Of a DNA stretch of 64,000 nucleotides, positions 10,483 to 20,099 are shown one piece after another. The translations under genes were made by a program, and so were the position numbers. Under the pieces are notes generated by a model. The model was not told the DNA's origin, did not search any database, and saw only the letters and a list, made by a program, of their open reading frames with translations. Origin of the DNA: Patescibacteria group bacterium (GTDB taxonomy: Bacteria; Patescibacteriota; Patescibacteriia; UBA11705; DATKZF01); the NCBI GenBank assembly GCA_049319825.1, contig JBMORT010000006.1, forward strand, positions 235,641 to 299,640. The letters are read 5' to 3'. Positions within the stretch are counted from its first letter, which is position 1, and every line of letters starts with the position of its first letter.

Positions 10483-11063
10483 ATGGGAGAAAAATCCCAT
10501 TATCACTTCCATAGATAGGAGACGAGGAAGTAAACGAGGTGATCGAAGTATTAAAATCAGGCTGGCTGGCTCCAGGAGAATACAATAAAATGTTCGAATC
10601 GGATTTCGCCAAGTTGGTAGGGGCGAAGCATGCAATTACTATGAATTCTTGCGCGTCCGCACTCGAAATCGCGCTCAAAGCCAATAATATCAAGGGCGAA
10701 GTTATTATTCCGAGTTTTACATTCGTGGCCTCTTACATTATTTTTTCTCCAATTATATTTAAAGTATTTTTTCCGCAGTATTTGGATTCAGTGGCGTATT
10801 CCCAGGTTTATTCCTTATCGCTTTTGTTTTTTCCGGCCGTTTTTTTGGTGCGAGTACTGGTGGCGCATGCCAGAAAAATTGAATTATACTGGCTCAGGAT
10901 AGTCATTCCCATGCTCAAAATCGCTTTATTATTGATTCTATTGCCGTTATTGGGTATCTGGGGCGGAATAATTTCATTGCTGTCTGCGGAATTGATTAAT
11001 GCCATTATGTTGCTCTATTTTTTTAAAAAGATGCCGGTTGATTGGATCAGCGGCTACTATTAA
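10483..11063 (+). pseudogene. Chimeric pseudogene: DegT/DnrJ aminotransferase 5' fragment fused to the 3' end of a second wzx allele
   Basis: RKIPLSLP*IGDEEVNEVIEVLKSGWL...NSCASAL...EVIIPSFTFVAS (DegT N-terminus); ATG 10483 is out of frame and there is a TAG at 10512; flippase-like sequence from 10722. Confidence 0.85.
10722..10838 (+). repeat. 117-bp direct repeat, copy 2
   Basis: Near-identical to 9323-9439. Confidence 0.95.
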
Positions 11064-11083
11064 CGATCGAACTTTATAATAAT

Positions 11084-12199
11084 ATGCATAAAACGCGAAT
11101 ATTCATCGATTTTCCAATTTCCGATTCCAAGGAATTTCAAGGATTGTCATTCCCTCAGGTTTTACACGATTATTTAGTGACCCGAGACGACGTTGAACTG
11201 GTCGGAGAACATGATCAATTCGACGTCATATTAATTCTTAACGGTGGATCTCATTTTATCAGCAAAGCGGAAAAAGCCAAAACGCTTCTGGCCGCGCAGT
11301 TAAATCGTTTGTTCAAAAGAAAGATCGATTACGATAGATTTTTAAAAAGAAACATTCCCTACGAAAAGAGAATTGATGGGCTATTGGCAAAAAATCCCGG
11401 CGCCAAAGTCGCGCTTCGGCTGGATGACCGGTATAAAATGCTTTGTAAGGTGTATGGGTTCGATAAAACCGTGAAAAAATTTATTAAGCAGGCTGACATT
11501 GTCATCTTCCAGTCTGAATACTGTAAATCGCTTTTTACAAAAGGAGTCCACTCGATTTTTGGATTTGAAAAACCGGTTAATGTCAAACGCAGCGTGGTTA
11601 TTCATAATGGTGTAGACACGGAAGTTTTTTCTCCGCAAGGAGGTAGGGTTGATTTGGACGGTAAATATAAAATATTGCATGTCGCAGCAACTGGTATGGT
11701 GAGAAAGGGCTTAGGGAAAGTTTTGGAATATGCACATTTGCTCAAAGATAATCCGCAAATTCAGTTTTTTTTGGTCGGCAAGCAGGCGGAAGATCCGATA
11801 TACGGCGCCGACATTAACAAATTTGGCAATGTGCATCAGCTGGAATTCACCACGGACCGCTACCAACTCGCTCAATATTATCGCAGCTGCGACTTATTAT
11901 TATTCCCTTCGATTAACGATTGCGCGCCGAATGTGGTGCTGGAAGCGATGAGCTGCGGCCTGCCGGTTCTGGCCGCCGACAGCGGTGGCACGCCGGAAAT
12001 GATAATCAAAGAAGATTTAAAAGGCGGGTTGCTGATAAATGACCAGAATCCAATTTATCCGCTTAAGGAAATATTGGAAAATATTATGGATTTTAAGACA
12101 AATGCCCTGCGCTTAATCGATCAATATCATAAAAAAGAAGTAATCGGCCAGCAGTATTTTGATGCATTACAATCAATCGTCTATGAAAAAAACAATTAA
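11084..12199 (+). CDS. Glycosyltransferase family 4
   Basis: IHNGVD, RKG, PNVVLEAMSCGLPV; ATG 11084 preferred. Confidence 0.9.
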   Translation: MHKTRIFIDFPISDSKEFQGLSFPQVLHDYLVTRDDVELVGEHDQFDVILILNGGSHFISKAEKAKTLLAAQLNRLFKRKIDYDRFLKRNIPYEKRIDGLLAKNPGAKVALRLDDRYKMLCKVYGFDKTVKKFIKQADIVIFQSEYCKSLFTKGVHSIFGFEKPVNVKRSVVIHNGVDTEVFSPQGGRVDLDGKYKILHVAATGMVRKGLGKVLEYAHLLKDNPQIQFFLVGKQAEDPIYGADINKFGNVHQLEFTTDRYQLAQYYRSCDLLLFPSINDCAPNVVLEAMSCGLPVLAADSGGTPEMIIKEDLKGGLLINDQNPIYPLKEILENIMDFKTNALRLIDQYHKKEVIGQQYFDALQSIVYEKNN

Positions 12200-12848
12200 A
12201 AAATTTTTATTATTTATTTTTCCGTCAAAATACCAGCTAAAGCTTTTATTTCGCGCTCAGTCGTTTATCGATAGTCGGATCAGCGATGCCTGCGTTGATT
12301 ATTATAAAGGGAGACATCCGAAACATTTTCTTTGGACGATTCATTACCAATTCGTGATTGACAATGTCGATACTGGCGACCGGGTTTTGGACGTCGGCAC
12401 CGGCGCCAGCTTGTCATACACTCAGGAGCTGGCCGCCAAAGCGGAGTCGATTGACTGCTGCGATATAAACCCAGAGCTGATCGAAAAATCCAGGCGAGGC
12501 AACAAATTTGCCAATGTCAATTACATTGTGCTCGATGTGACGCAACAGTTGCCGCCAGATAGTTATGACGTGGTCATTTTATCTCATGTTCTGGAGCATT
12601 TGCACGAACCTGAAAAAGTATTAGAAAATTTGAAAAATATAACCCGCAAATTGATTATCAGACTGCCGCGCTATGACGATCATTGGATGTATTTGGTAAA
12701 AAAAGATCTGGGCATGTTTTATTATAAAGATCATGATCATAAAAATGAATATACTTTACGCACGGCCGTTGATCTGGTGGAGAAAAGCGGCTGGCGCGTT
12801 CAAACGGCGTTAAATGACGTTGATGTGAAAATAGTGGCGACTTTATAA
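12183..12848 (+). CDS. Class I SAM-dependent methyltransferase (paralog of 7768-8418)
   Basis: VLDVGTG, YDVVILSHVLEHL; shares G-x-HPKH and D-x-x-H-x-x-EYT with 7768-8418. Confidence 0.88.
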   Translation: MKKTIKKFLLFIFPSKYQLKLLFRAQSFIDSRISDACVDYYKGRHPKHFLWTIHYQFVIDNVDTGDRVLDVGTGASLSYTQELAAKAESIDCCDINPELIEKSRRGNKFANVNYIVLDVTQQLPPDSYDVVILSHVLEHLHEPEKVLENLKNITRKLIIRLPRYDDHWMYLVKKDLGMFYYKDHDHKNEYTLRTAVDLVEKSGWRVQTALNDVDVKIVATL

Positions 12849-12851
12849 TTT

Positions 12852-14630
12852 ATGTGCGGTATTGCCGGTTATATAACCAAAAATCAAGTTGATGAAAAGG
12901 TTTTAATCAAGATGAGAGACGCGCTTTCTCACCGTGGTCCGGACGATGCCGGCATTTTTATTTCCGCCGACAACAAAGTCGGCTTGGCGCACCGCCGGCT
13001 GTCCATTTTGGATTTAAGTCCGGCCGGGCACCAGCCCATGAGCTCAGCGGATGAAAAGATTTGGATTACTTTCAACGGAGAAATTTATAATTTTCTGGAA
13101 ATAAGAAAAGAGCTGGAAAATAAGGGGCAGACATTTAAAAGCAATGGCGACACGGAGGTAATTATTTACGCCTATAAAGAATTTGGAACCGGCTGTTTGG
13201 AAAAATTCAACGGCATGTTTTCTTTTGTAATTTATGATTCAAGTAAGAATCAATTATTTTTCGCCCGCGACCGGTTCGGCATAAAGCCTTTTCATTACGG
13301 ATTTTTGCCCAATGGTGATTTTGTCTTTGCCTCTGAGATTAAAGCGATTGTTCAACATCCCAATTTTCAAAAAGAAATTGATTATGGCGCGCTCGGCGAT
13401 TATTTCAAATACCGCTATATTCCTTCGCCGCGAACCATTTGGAAAAGTATAAAAAAACTGCCTCACGGGCATTTGGGCATATTAAATTTGGATAATTTTG
13501 ATTTGAAAATTGAAAAATATTATGATTTGCCGGAAAAAATCATTGGCCAGCCGAATTCAAGCATTGAACAAGTGGAAGAATTGATCAAGGACGCTGTGAA
13601 AAAAAGACTGATCAGCGATGTCGAAGTGGGAACATTTTTAAGCGGCGGCATTGATTCCAGCTCGATCAGCTATTTTGCCAATAAAGAGCATGAAAAAATC
13701 AAATCATTTTCAATCGGCTTCATGCCGGAAAAATACAGTGAATTAGAGGATTCAGAAATTGTCGCCGAGTTTTTGGGCACCAGTCATATAACCAAAGTGA
13801 TTGAAAATGTTGAGGATGACATTGGAGACCAATTATCTTATACATATGACGAACCACATGCTGATAGTTCAAATATCCCGACTTATTTATTGTCAAAAAT
13901 GACTTCAGAAAATGTTAAAGTCGCTCTGTCAGGCGACGGCGGCGATGAAATTTTTGCGGGTTATCGCTGGTATCGCCAGTATTTATTGGATAGTAAAATC
14001 GAGAAAATAAAAGCGTTATTTGGCACCGGACAAAGTATAAGCGAAGATTTTGAAAATTATTATAATAAGTTGTTACTTAATCGTTTCGACGAAAACAAAT
14101 TTAAAAATCTTTTTGCTCCGGAAATATATAATCAAGTCAAAAACAATGAAAATTTATTTGAAAAATATTTGAATGCAGGATTTAAAAATATCAGACAAAT
14201 ACAGTTTATTGATTTAAATACATTTATGGCGGACGATATTCTATCCAAGGTTGATCGTGCGAGCATGGCGCACGCCCTCGAGGTGAGAGTGCCGTTTCTG
14301 GATTATCGTTTGGTCGAAGCGGTTTTTCGTCTGCCGCAAAAAGATTTCCCCGATGATAGTTATGGCAAGCCGATTTTAAAAAAAATCATGAAAAATAAAT
14401 TGCCAAAGCGTGTTTTATCAAAAAGGAAAAAAGGCTTTTCCGCTCCGGTCACCCAGTGGCCGTTTTACGGTCGGATAAATCAAATTTTATTATCCGGCAG
14501 AGCGGTCGAAGACGGCATTATCCGGAAGGATTTTATTCAAGATTTGCTCGATAATAAATATGAAAACAGCGCCGGCATGCTCTGGATGGCGTATATTTTT
14601 GAGAAATGGTATCAAAAGTGGTTCATATGA
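12852..14630 (+). CDS. asnB: Asparagine synthase (glutamine-hydrolysing)-family amidotransferase, probably glycan-modifying
   Basis: MCGIAG, HRGPD, HRRLSILDL, FNGEIYN, LSGGIDSS, LSGDGGDE, LEVRVPFLD. Confidence 0.95.
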   Translation: MCGIAGYITKNQVDEKVLIKMRDALSHRGPDDAGIFISADNKVGLAHRRLSILDLSPAGHQPMSSADEKIWITFNGEIYNFLEIRKELENKGQTFKSNGDTEVIIYAYKEFGTGCLEKFNGMFSFVIYDSSKNQLFFARDRFGIKPFHYGFLPNGDFVFASEIKAIVQHPNFQKEIDYGALGDYFKYRYIPSPRTIWKSIKKLPHGHLGILNLDNFDLKIEKYYDLPEKIIGQPNSSIEQVEELIKDAVKKRLISDVEVGTFLSGGIDSSSISYFANKEHEKIKSFSIGFMPEKYSELEDSEIVAEFLGTSHITKVIENVEDDIGDQLSYTYDEPHADSSNIPTYLLSKMTSENVKVALSGDGGDEIFAGYRWYRQYLLDSKIEKIKALFGTGQSISEDFENYYNKLLLNRFDENKFKNLFAPEIYNQVKNNENLFEKYLNAGFKNIRQIQFIDLNTFMADDILSKVDRASMAHALEVRVPFLDYRLVEAVFRLPQKDFPDDSYGKPILKKIMKNKLPKRVLSKRKKGFSAPVTQWPFYGRINQILLSGRAVEDGIIRKDFIQDLLDNKYENSAGMLWMAYIFEKWYQKWFI

Positions 14631-15781
14631 TAATCACAACAGACGGCAACATCCCTTCAAGATTTGCTCACAGCTTCAACGTGACAAAAATGGCGCAGGG
14701 TTTTTATAATATCGGCCAAGATGTTGAATTGGTCACTTTCTTCAGTCTTCGTAATTTATTGTATAAACTTAAAATAAAGGATATTTATGAATATTATGCT
14801 CTTTCAAAAAATATAAAAATAAAAATGCTCCCGGCTTTTGATAAAAATATTTTTATTAAAACGACAGGCGGTGAAAGATATAATAAAAAAGCTGCCCAAT
14901 ACATTGAATCTCAAAATCCCAATTTTGTTTTTTGCCGCAGTTATCTCACCCCTTACTACTGCGTCAAGCTCGGCTTGCCCACGATTATGGAAACGCATAC
15001 GACAAACTATGATTTGCCGGCGTTGCGAAAGTCATTCGGCGCGGCTAAAGATAAAAATTTTTTGGGATTGGTGACGATTAATGAAAAATTAAAAAAAGAA
15101 TATGCCAAAAGGGGAGTACCGGAAGAAAAAATAATTGTCTTGGAAGACGGCGTTGATTTGAATTTGTTTGATATCGAAGACGACAAAGAAATTTGGAGAA
15201 AGGAATTAAGCCTGCCTTCAGATAAAAAAATAATTGCCTATGTCGGCGGATTGTATAGGGAAAAAGGAATTGAACAGATTTTGCTGACTGCTCAAAAGCT
15301 GCAAACAACGGAAATTATATTTGTATTGGTGGGAGGCAAACAAGAGCAGATCAGGGAATGGAAAAAATATTGTGCTGAAAAAAATATTTCAAATGTCGCT
15401 TTTGCGGGATTTGCCTGTCAGTCTGACGTGCCTAAATACATAAAAGCGGCCGATGTTTTGATCATGCCGTATGATACGCGCATCAATTATAAAGTGATGG
15501 ATATCAATTCCACTTCGCCGCTGAAGCTTTTCGAATATATGGGATCAAAGCGTCCGATAGTTTCGACAGCCATTCCGGTAATTGAAAAAGTGGTCAGCCA
15601 CAATGAGAGCGCCATGCTGGCCGAGTCCAACAATGTTGAACAATTGGCCCAGTATGTGAGAGAGTTATTGAATAATCCTGAAAGAGGCGGACAGCTGAGT
15701 GAAAAGGCATTTAAATTGGCTAAGCAATATGAATGGAAAGTCCGATGTGAAAAAATTATCAAAACTTTTATAAAAAATTAA
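14627..15781 (+). CDS. Glycosyltransferase family 4
   Basis: DGVD, YVGGL..EKG, SPLKLFEYM. Confidence 0.9.
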   Translation: MIITTDGNIPSRFAHSFNVTKMAQGFYNIGQDVELVTFFSLRNLLYKLKIKDIYEYYALSKNIKIKMLPAFDKNIFIKTTGGERYNKKAAQYIESQNPNFVFCRSYLTPYYCVKLGLPTIMETHTTNYDLPALRKSFGAAKDKNFLGLVTINEKLKKEYAKRGVPEEKIIVLEDGVDLNLFDIEDDKEIWRKELSLPSDKKIIAYVGGLYREKGIEQILLTAQKLQTTEIIFVLVGGKQEQIREWKKYCAEKNISNVAFAGFACQSDVPKYIKAADVLIMPYDTRINYKVMDINSTSPLKLFEYMGSKRPIVSTAIPVIEKVVSHNESAMLAESNNVEQLAQYVRELLNNPERGGQLSEKAFKLAKQYEWKVRCEKIIKTFIKN

Positions 15782-15828
15782 TAAATCATAAGGCCGAATT
15801 GATTATTTTTTCGGTCTTGATAAAAAAT

Positions 15829-16743
15829 ATGTCCAAATTCCTCATCACCGGCGGCGCCGGGTTTATCGGCGCGAATACAATTAAATATTTCCTGTCTCAA
15901 GGCCACGAAGTGGTTTCTTTTGACAATTATACGGCTGGTAAAAAAGAAGAGCGGTTCCATTCCCCAGCTAAATATGTCGAAGGCGATATCCGCGACATCG
16001 ATGCGTTGAACGCCGTTTGTGCCGAAGGCTTTGACGGCATTATGCATCTGGCCGCTTTGCCGCGCGTCACTTATTCGGTCGAGCACCCTCGCGAAACGCA
16101 CGATACAAACATTACCGGGACGCTGAACGTTCTTTTGGCCGCCAGAGACAATAATATTGAGAAGGTCGTTTTCGCCTCTTCTTCTTCGGTCTATGGCAAT
16201 CCCGATCAATTTCCTGTTGATGAGAATTTTGTTCCCAAGCCGATCAGCCCCTATGCACTTCATAAATTTACCGGTGAGCAGTATTGCCGCATTTTCAGCG
16301 AATTATTCGGGTTAAAAACCGTTGTTTTCAGATATTTTAATGTTTTCGGGCCATATTTTGACCCGGAAGGGCCTTATGCTTTGGTTATCGGTAAATTTAT
16401 CAAGCAGGTAAAGAATGGCGAGCCGATGACGATTTGCGGGGATGGGGAATATTATCGCGATTACGCGCACGCCTTTGACGTGGCCAGGGCGAATTTATTG
16501 GCCCTGACAAATGATGCGGTGGGCAAAGGAGAAATAATCAATATCGGCAGTAATAATCCTTTTTCAGTCAATGAATTGGCCAAACTTATTGGCGGAGAGT
16601 TTATTTATGTGGCCGAGCGGCCCGGAGACGTTCGAAAAACCTATGCTGACATTTCAAAGGCCAAGGAGTTGCTGAATTGGGAGCCGACCATTTCAATCGA
16701 AGAAGGGGTTGCCGAGCTGAAAAAAGAATGGGGATTAGTTTAA
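15829..16743 (+). CDS. NAD-dependent epimerase/dehydratase (UDP-sugar 4-epimerase-like)
   Basis: TGGAGFIG, ASSSSVYG, YALHK (YxxxK), RYFNVFGP. Confidence 0.93.
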   Translation: MSKFLITGGAGFIGANTIKYFLSQGHEVVSFDNYTAGKKEERFHSPAKYVEGDIRDIDALNAVCAEGFDGIMHLAALPRVTYSVEHPRETHDTNITGTLNVLLAARDNNIEKVVFASSSSVYGNPDQFPVDENFVPKPISPYALHKFTGEQYCRIFSELFGLKTVVFRYFNVFGPYFDPEGPYALVIGKFIKQVKNGEPMTICGDGEYYRDYAHAFDVARANLLALTNDAVGKGEIINIGSNNPFSVNELAKLIGGEFIYVAERPGDVRKTYADISKAKELLNWEPTISIEEGVAELKKEWGLV

Positions 16744-16818
16744 TCACAACAAAATATTTTGAAAAATTAGTCAAATTTGGCTAATTTTTTTTATTCTGTT
16801 AAAATGAATTTACGTTGA

Positions 16819-16962
16819 GAAGGCTTTAGAAGGCTTAATAAGGCATAAGGAGGCAAAGAAGTAGATAGGTGAGTAGGAAAAGAAGGCTGGACCGCGGCAG
16901 AGCGTTATCTTTACCCATTTACCTATACACCTTTCAAGCCACATAAAGCCCTCTTAAGCCCC
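16819..16962. repeat. Long imperfect inverted repeat built from short periodic units
   Basis: Purine-rich arm (aggcttt/aggctta..., gtagataggtgagtaggaaaaga) is roughly complementary to a pyrimidine-rich arm (tctttacccatttacctatacac..., aagcc x3). Confidence 0.6.
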
Positions 16963-16973
16963 CATAAAATTTT

Positions 16974-18578
16974 ATGTCAGTAGCGCTTTATCGCAAATAC
17001 CGGCCGCAAAACTTTTCACAAATTTCCGGCCAAAATCACATTAAGACCACTTTGGTCAACGAGATCGAGTCTGGCAAAATCGGCCATGCCTATCTTTTTT
17101 GCGGCCCGCGCGGCACTGGAAAAACAACCTTGGCGAGGCTGATGGCCAAAGCGGCTAATTGTCTTGATATTCAACCGGGCGGCGAGCCGTGCAATAAATG
17201 CGCTTCTTGTTTGGAAATAATGGAAACTCGTTCGCTTGATGTAATCGAAATCGATGCCGCTTCTCACACCGGAGTGGACAATGTCCGTGAAAATATTATC
17301 AATAATGCTCGATTCACCCCGACTTCCAGAAAATACAAGGTTTTTATCATCGACGAGGTACACATGTTGTCAATCAGCGCATTTAACGCTTTGCTGAAGA
17401 TATTGGAAGAGCCGCCCAAGCACATTATTTTCATTCTGGCCACGACCGAGGTACACAAAGTTCCGGTCACCATCATTTCTCGGTGTCAGCGTTTTGATTA
17501 TAAAAAAATAAATGTTAATGATCTGTTGACTCGGTTAAAATGGATAGTTACCAAAGAGGGAGTGCTGGTTGACGATGAAGTATTGAAGAGAATTGCCAAA
17601 TATTCATTTGGTTGCGTGCGCGACGCGGAAAGCTTGCTGGAGCAAGTACTATCTTTGGGCGAAAAAAAAATAACGTTGGAATTAGCCGAGTTGATTTTAC
17701 CCCGATCCAATTTCCAGGCCATGTTTGATTTTCTCGCGGCATTGATCGCTAAGAATTCTAAAAAATCCATTGAGTTGATCAATCAGCTGGTCGATGAGGG
17801 CGTGGATATCAATCAATTTACCAATGATTTCATAGAATTCGTTCGTAAAGGTTTGTTGTATAAGGTAAAAAACGATTTAACCGAATTGGCGCAGGAATCC
17901 GATGAGAAATCGCTTGTCGAGCTAAAAAATACATTGTCCGCGACAACCCCCGATTTTTTGGCGAATATTATCGCTTGTTTGATGAAAACCAAGGAAGAAT
18001 TCAGGCAAACTTATATTTTACAATTGCCGCTCGAGCTGGCGGTAATCGATTTGTGCTCGGAAGCGGTGGTTCGGCGCGAACCGTCACCGGTAGTTGTCCA
18101 TAAAAAAATTAAAGATTCGGGTCGCTCGGCTCAAGATTCGGGTAGTCCGGCTCAAGATTCGGATCGCTCGGCTCAAGATTCGGGTCATTCCGCTGAAGAG
18201 TCAGATCCGGATCACATTACTTTAACTTTCGCTCAAGTCAAAGCCAAATGGCCGGAGATTGTTAGAAAAATTAAAATTGACAATTATTCACTCAGCATGT
18301 CGCTGGCCGTGGGTCAACCCGTGAATTTGATAAAAAATAAAATCATTGTTTCCTTTCCCTTTAAGCTTCAGCAGCTGAAGGTCGATCAGATCAATAATAA
18401 GACGGTCATCGAAAAGGCGTTGTCCGATATTTTCGACCAAAAGATGCTGATTGAGACAAAGGTTGACGCTTCAAACAAAATTGAGCCGGCTGATGATCGA
18501 GTCGAAATGCGCACCGCTGACGTTTCCGATGCCGACGTCAAGGACGCCTTGGATATTTTTGGGGGTAGCGTGCTTTAG
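16974..18578 (+). CDS. dnaX: DNA polymerase III subunit gamma/tau
   Basis: LYRKYRPQ, GPRGTGKTT, Cys zinc cluster, EIDAAS, IIDEVHML, SRCQ. Confidence 0.97.
   Translation: MSVALYRKYRPQNFSQISGQNHIKTTLVNEIESGKIGHAYLFCGPRGTGKTTLARLMAKAANCLDIQPGGEPCNKCASCLEIMETRSLDVIEIDAASHTGVDNVRENIINNARFTPTSRKYKVFIIDEVHMLSISAFNALLKILEEPPKHIIFILATTEVHKVPVTIISRCQRFDYKKINVNDLLTRLKWIVTKEGVLVDDEVLKRIAKYSFGCVRDAESLLEQVLSLGEKKITLELAELILPRSNFQAMFDFLAALIAKNSKKSIELINQLVDEGVDINQFTNDFIEFVRKGLLYKVKNDLTELAQESDEKSLVELKNTLSATTPDFLANIIACLMKTKEEFRQTYILQLPLELAVIDLCSEAVVRREPSPVVVHKKIKDSGRSAQDSGSPAQDSDRSAQDSGHSAEESDPDHITLTFAQVKAKWPEIVRKIKIDNYSLSMSLAVGQPVNLIKNKIIVSFPFKLQQLKVDQINNKTVIEKALSDIFDQKMLIETKVDASNKIEPADDRVEMRTADVSDADVKDALDIFGGSVL
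18112..18207 (+). repeat. 21-bp tandem repeat (4.5 copies, unit about DSGRSAQ) in the DnaX linker
   Basis: aagattcgggtcgctcggctc / aagattcgggtagtccggctc / aagattcggatcgctcggctc / aagattcgggtcattccgctg. Confidence 0.9.
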
Positions 18579-18594
18579 TTTTTTAATTTTTTTG

Positions 18595-18627
18595 AAAAAA
18601 AAGCCTCCGTATTACGGAGGTTTTTTT
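18595..18627. terminator. Bidirectional intrinsic terminator between convergent dnaX and hup
   Basis: A-run, CCTCCGT-att-ACGGAGG, T-run. Confidence 0.85.
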
Positions 18628-18646
18628 ATTCTGATATGAAGTTTAT

Positions 18647-18928
18647 TTACAGTATCGCGTCTTTGGCCGCCTTTGACACTCGGAATTTAACAACGGTTTT
18701 AGCCGGGATCTTAATGGTTTCACCAGTGGCCGGATTTCGTCCCATTCTCTCTTTCCTTTGTTTTTTCACCAATTTCCCAATTCCAGGAACAGTGAATTCA
18801 CCGGATTGTTTGACTTGCGCATAAGCCATTGCCATTAAGGCGTCAATTAAAGCGGTGACATCCTTTTTTGCCAAGCCTGTTTTTTCGGCTAAGGCAGTGA
18901 GCATTTGAGATTTTGTCATTTTTGCCAT
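18647..18928 (-). CDS. hup: DNA-binding protein HU
   Basis: MTKSQM, GIGKL, RMGRNPATGETIKIPAK, VKFR. Confidence 0.95.
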   Translation of the reverse strand: MAKMTKSQMLTALAEKTGLAKKDVTALIDALMAMAYAQVKQSGEFTVPGIGKLVKKQRKERMGRNPATGETIKIPAKTVVKFRVSKAAKDAIL

Positions 18929-19017
18929 AATATTTTGATTAATTATCTTGCTTAGGCATTATAGCGTTTTTTATATAAAAAGTCCATTTTTCAAGGATTT
19001 AATTATACACAGGCAGT

Positions 19018-19091
19018 TGGCTGCGGGACCAGGATTCGAACCTGGGTTACTTGGGCCAGAACCAAGCGTCCTACCGCTAGACGATCCCGCA
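19018..19091 (-). tRNA. tRNA-Gln(CTG)
   Basis: TGCGGGA acceptor stem, CTTGG-TTCTGGC-CCAAG anticodon arm, TTCGAAT T-loop, encoded CCA. Confidence 0.95.
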
Positions 19092-19244
19092 ATAATTATT
19101 CCAAAATAAAAATTCGAAATAAAATAACAAATAATAAATTACAGTTAAAATTTTAGCAGTTTTTATAAGAAAAAACAAGGTATTGACAATGCCACGGCGA
19201 TTATATATTATTTTCTGTTAAAATATGTTAAAATTGTCTTAGTT

Positions 19245-19793
19245 ATGCAGAAAATAATCGCCATCCCCAATATACACCTGCCCAGCTCCAGTTTTGTCGT
19301 TTGGGCGCAAAATCTTTCAAATTCGGTAAAAGATATCGATATTTTTAATAAATCGGTCGTGAATAAAACCTGGGCGGAAATGCTTACTGAACTGTCGGAG
19401 TTGGTGGATCAGAAAGTGGCCAAAGGCACTGAACTCTATATGTTAACCGAAGGCTGGGGCATATTGCCGGCATTGGCCATTGCCGAGAGCCATGGTATCA
19501 GCGGGATTTTTTCCATCCACCCGATTATTTATCCGCCGAGCACCGCTCAAATCCATCCTTTTTATCAAGAATGTCCCAAAGCGGTTCATTTGATTGAAAG
19601 AAGTCAGGTGTCGCTCGATTTATTCATGCCGGAAAAAGCTTTTGAAAATAATCACCGGCGATCAATTAAATTTTTAAAAAGCATGTCTAAACCCAATGTG
19701 GCGGTGAAACCATATGAGCAGACCACGCTATATTCCAGTGATTGCTTAGGAGAGATCGAAAGATATATTTTGTACAAATTGGGCAAGAGATAG
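19245..19793 (+). CDS. Hypothetical protein, possibly a degenerate alpha/beta-hydrolase fold
   Basis: 182-aa ORF with a sigma70-like promoter upstream; YMLTEGWGILPAL resembles a nucleophile elbow without Ser. Confidence 0.6.
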   Translation: MQKIIAIPNIHLPSSSFVVWAQNLSNSVKDIDIFNKSVVNKTWAEMLTELSELVDQKVAKGTELYMLTEGWGILPALAIAESHGISGIFSIHPIIYPPSTAQIHPFYQECPKAVHLIERSQVSLDLFMPEKAFENNHRRSIKFLKSMSKPNVAVKPYEQTTLYSSDCLGEIERYILYKLGKR

Positions 19794-20007
19794 AGTTTTA
19801 AAATAAGTTTAAGACAAAATAGCAAATATAAAAATTATGGTGTCCCTCGCGCGACATTTTTTTTTTGAAGTAATACATTTGGGCGGTAGGCCAGAGGCGA
19901 TGGTCCGGACTTAATTATATTACCACCGCCCGTGTTTAAAATCGCCTATTTCCCCGATCGTCCTTTTTCTTGATTTCAACGTTCGACCAATCGGCAGTCT
20001 AAATCCG

Positions 20008-20048
20008 TGTGGATAAATCCTTGAAATATTATCAAAAAGTAATATACT
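20008..20048 (+). promoter_or_regulatory. DnaA box plus sigma70 promoter of the fur-family gene
   Basis: TGTGGATAA 20008-16; TTGAAA 20021-26; TATACT 20043-48. Confidence 0.6.
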
Positions 20049-20074
20049 GCAATTAGTAATAGTAATAAGTTGTA

Positions 20075-20094
20075 AATAGGAATGATTATCTATT
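20075..20094. promoter_or_regulatory. Fur-box-like operator (probable autoregulation)
   Basis: AATAGGAATGATTATCTATT, imperfect inverted repeat resembling the Fur box, directly before the ATG. Confidence 0.5.
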
Positions 20095-20099
20095 AAATT

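Noticed and set aside
9323-10838. DGR template/variable repeat pair
   Set aside because: Only one mismatch in 117 bp and no reverse transcriptase in the window; a recombination scar explains it better.
16819-16962. SRP RNA (often found next to dnaX)
   Set aside because: A long hairpin is present, but the conserved helix-8 CAGG...GNRA...AGCA motif is not.
17662-17673. A9 run followed by TAA in dnaX as a gamma-subunit slippage site
   Set aside because: It would truncate the protein at about residue 232 and remove the oligomerisation domain.
19881-19932. ncRNA suggested by the GGGCGGT/ACCGCCC stem
   Set aside because: A single 7-9-bp stem with no recognisable family; not enough evidence.
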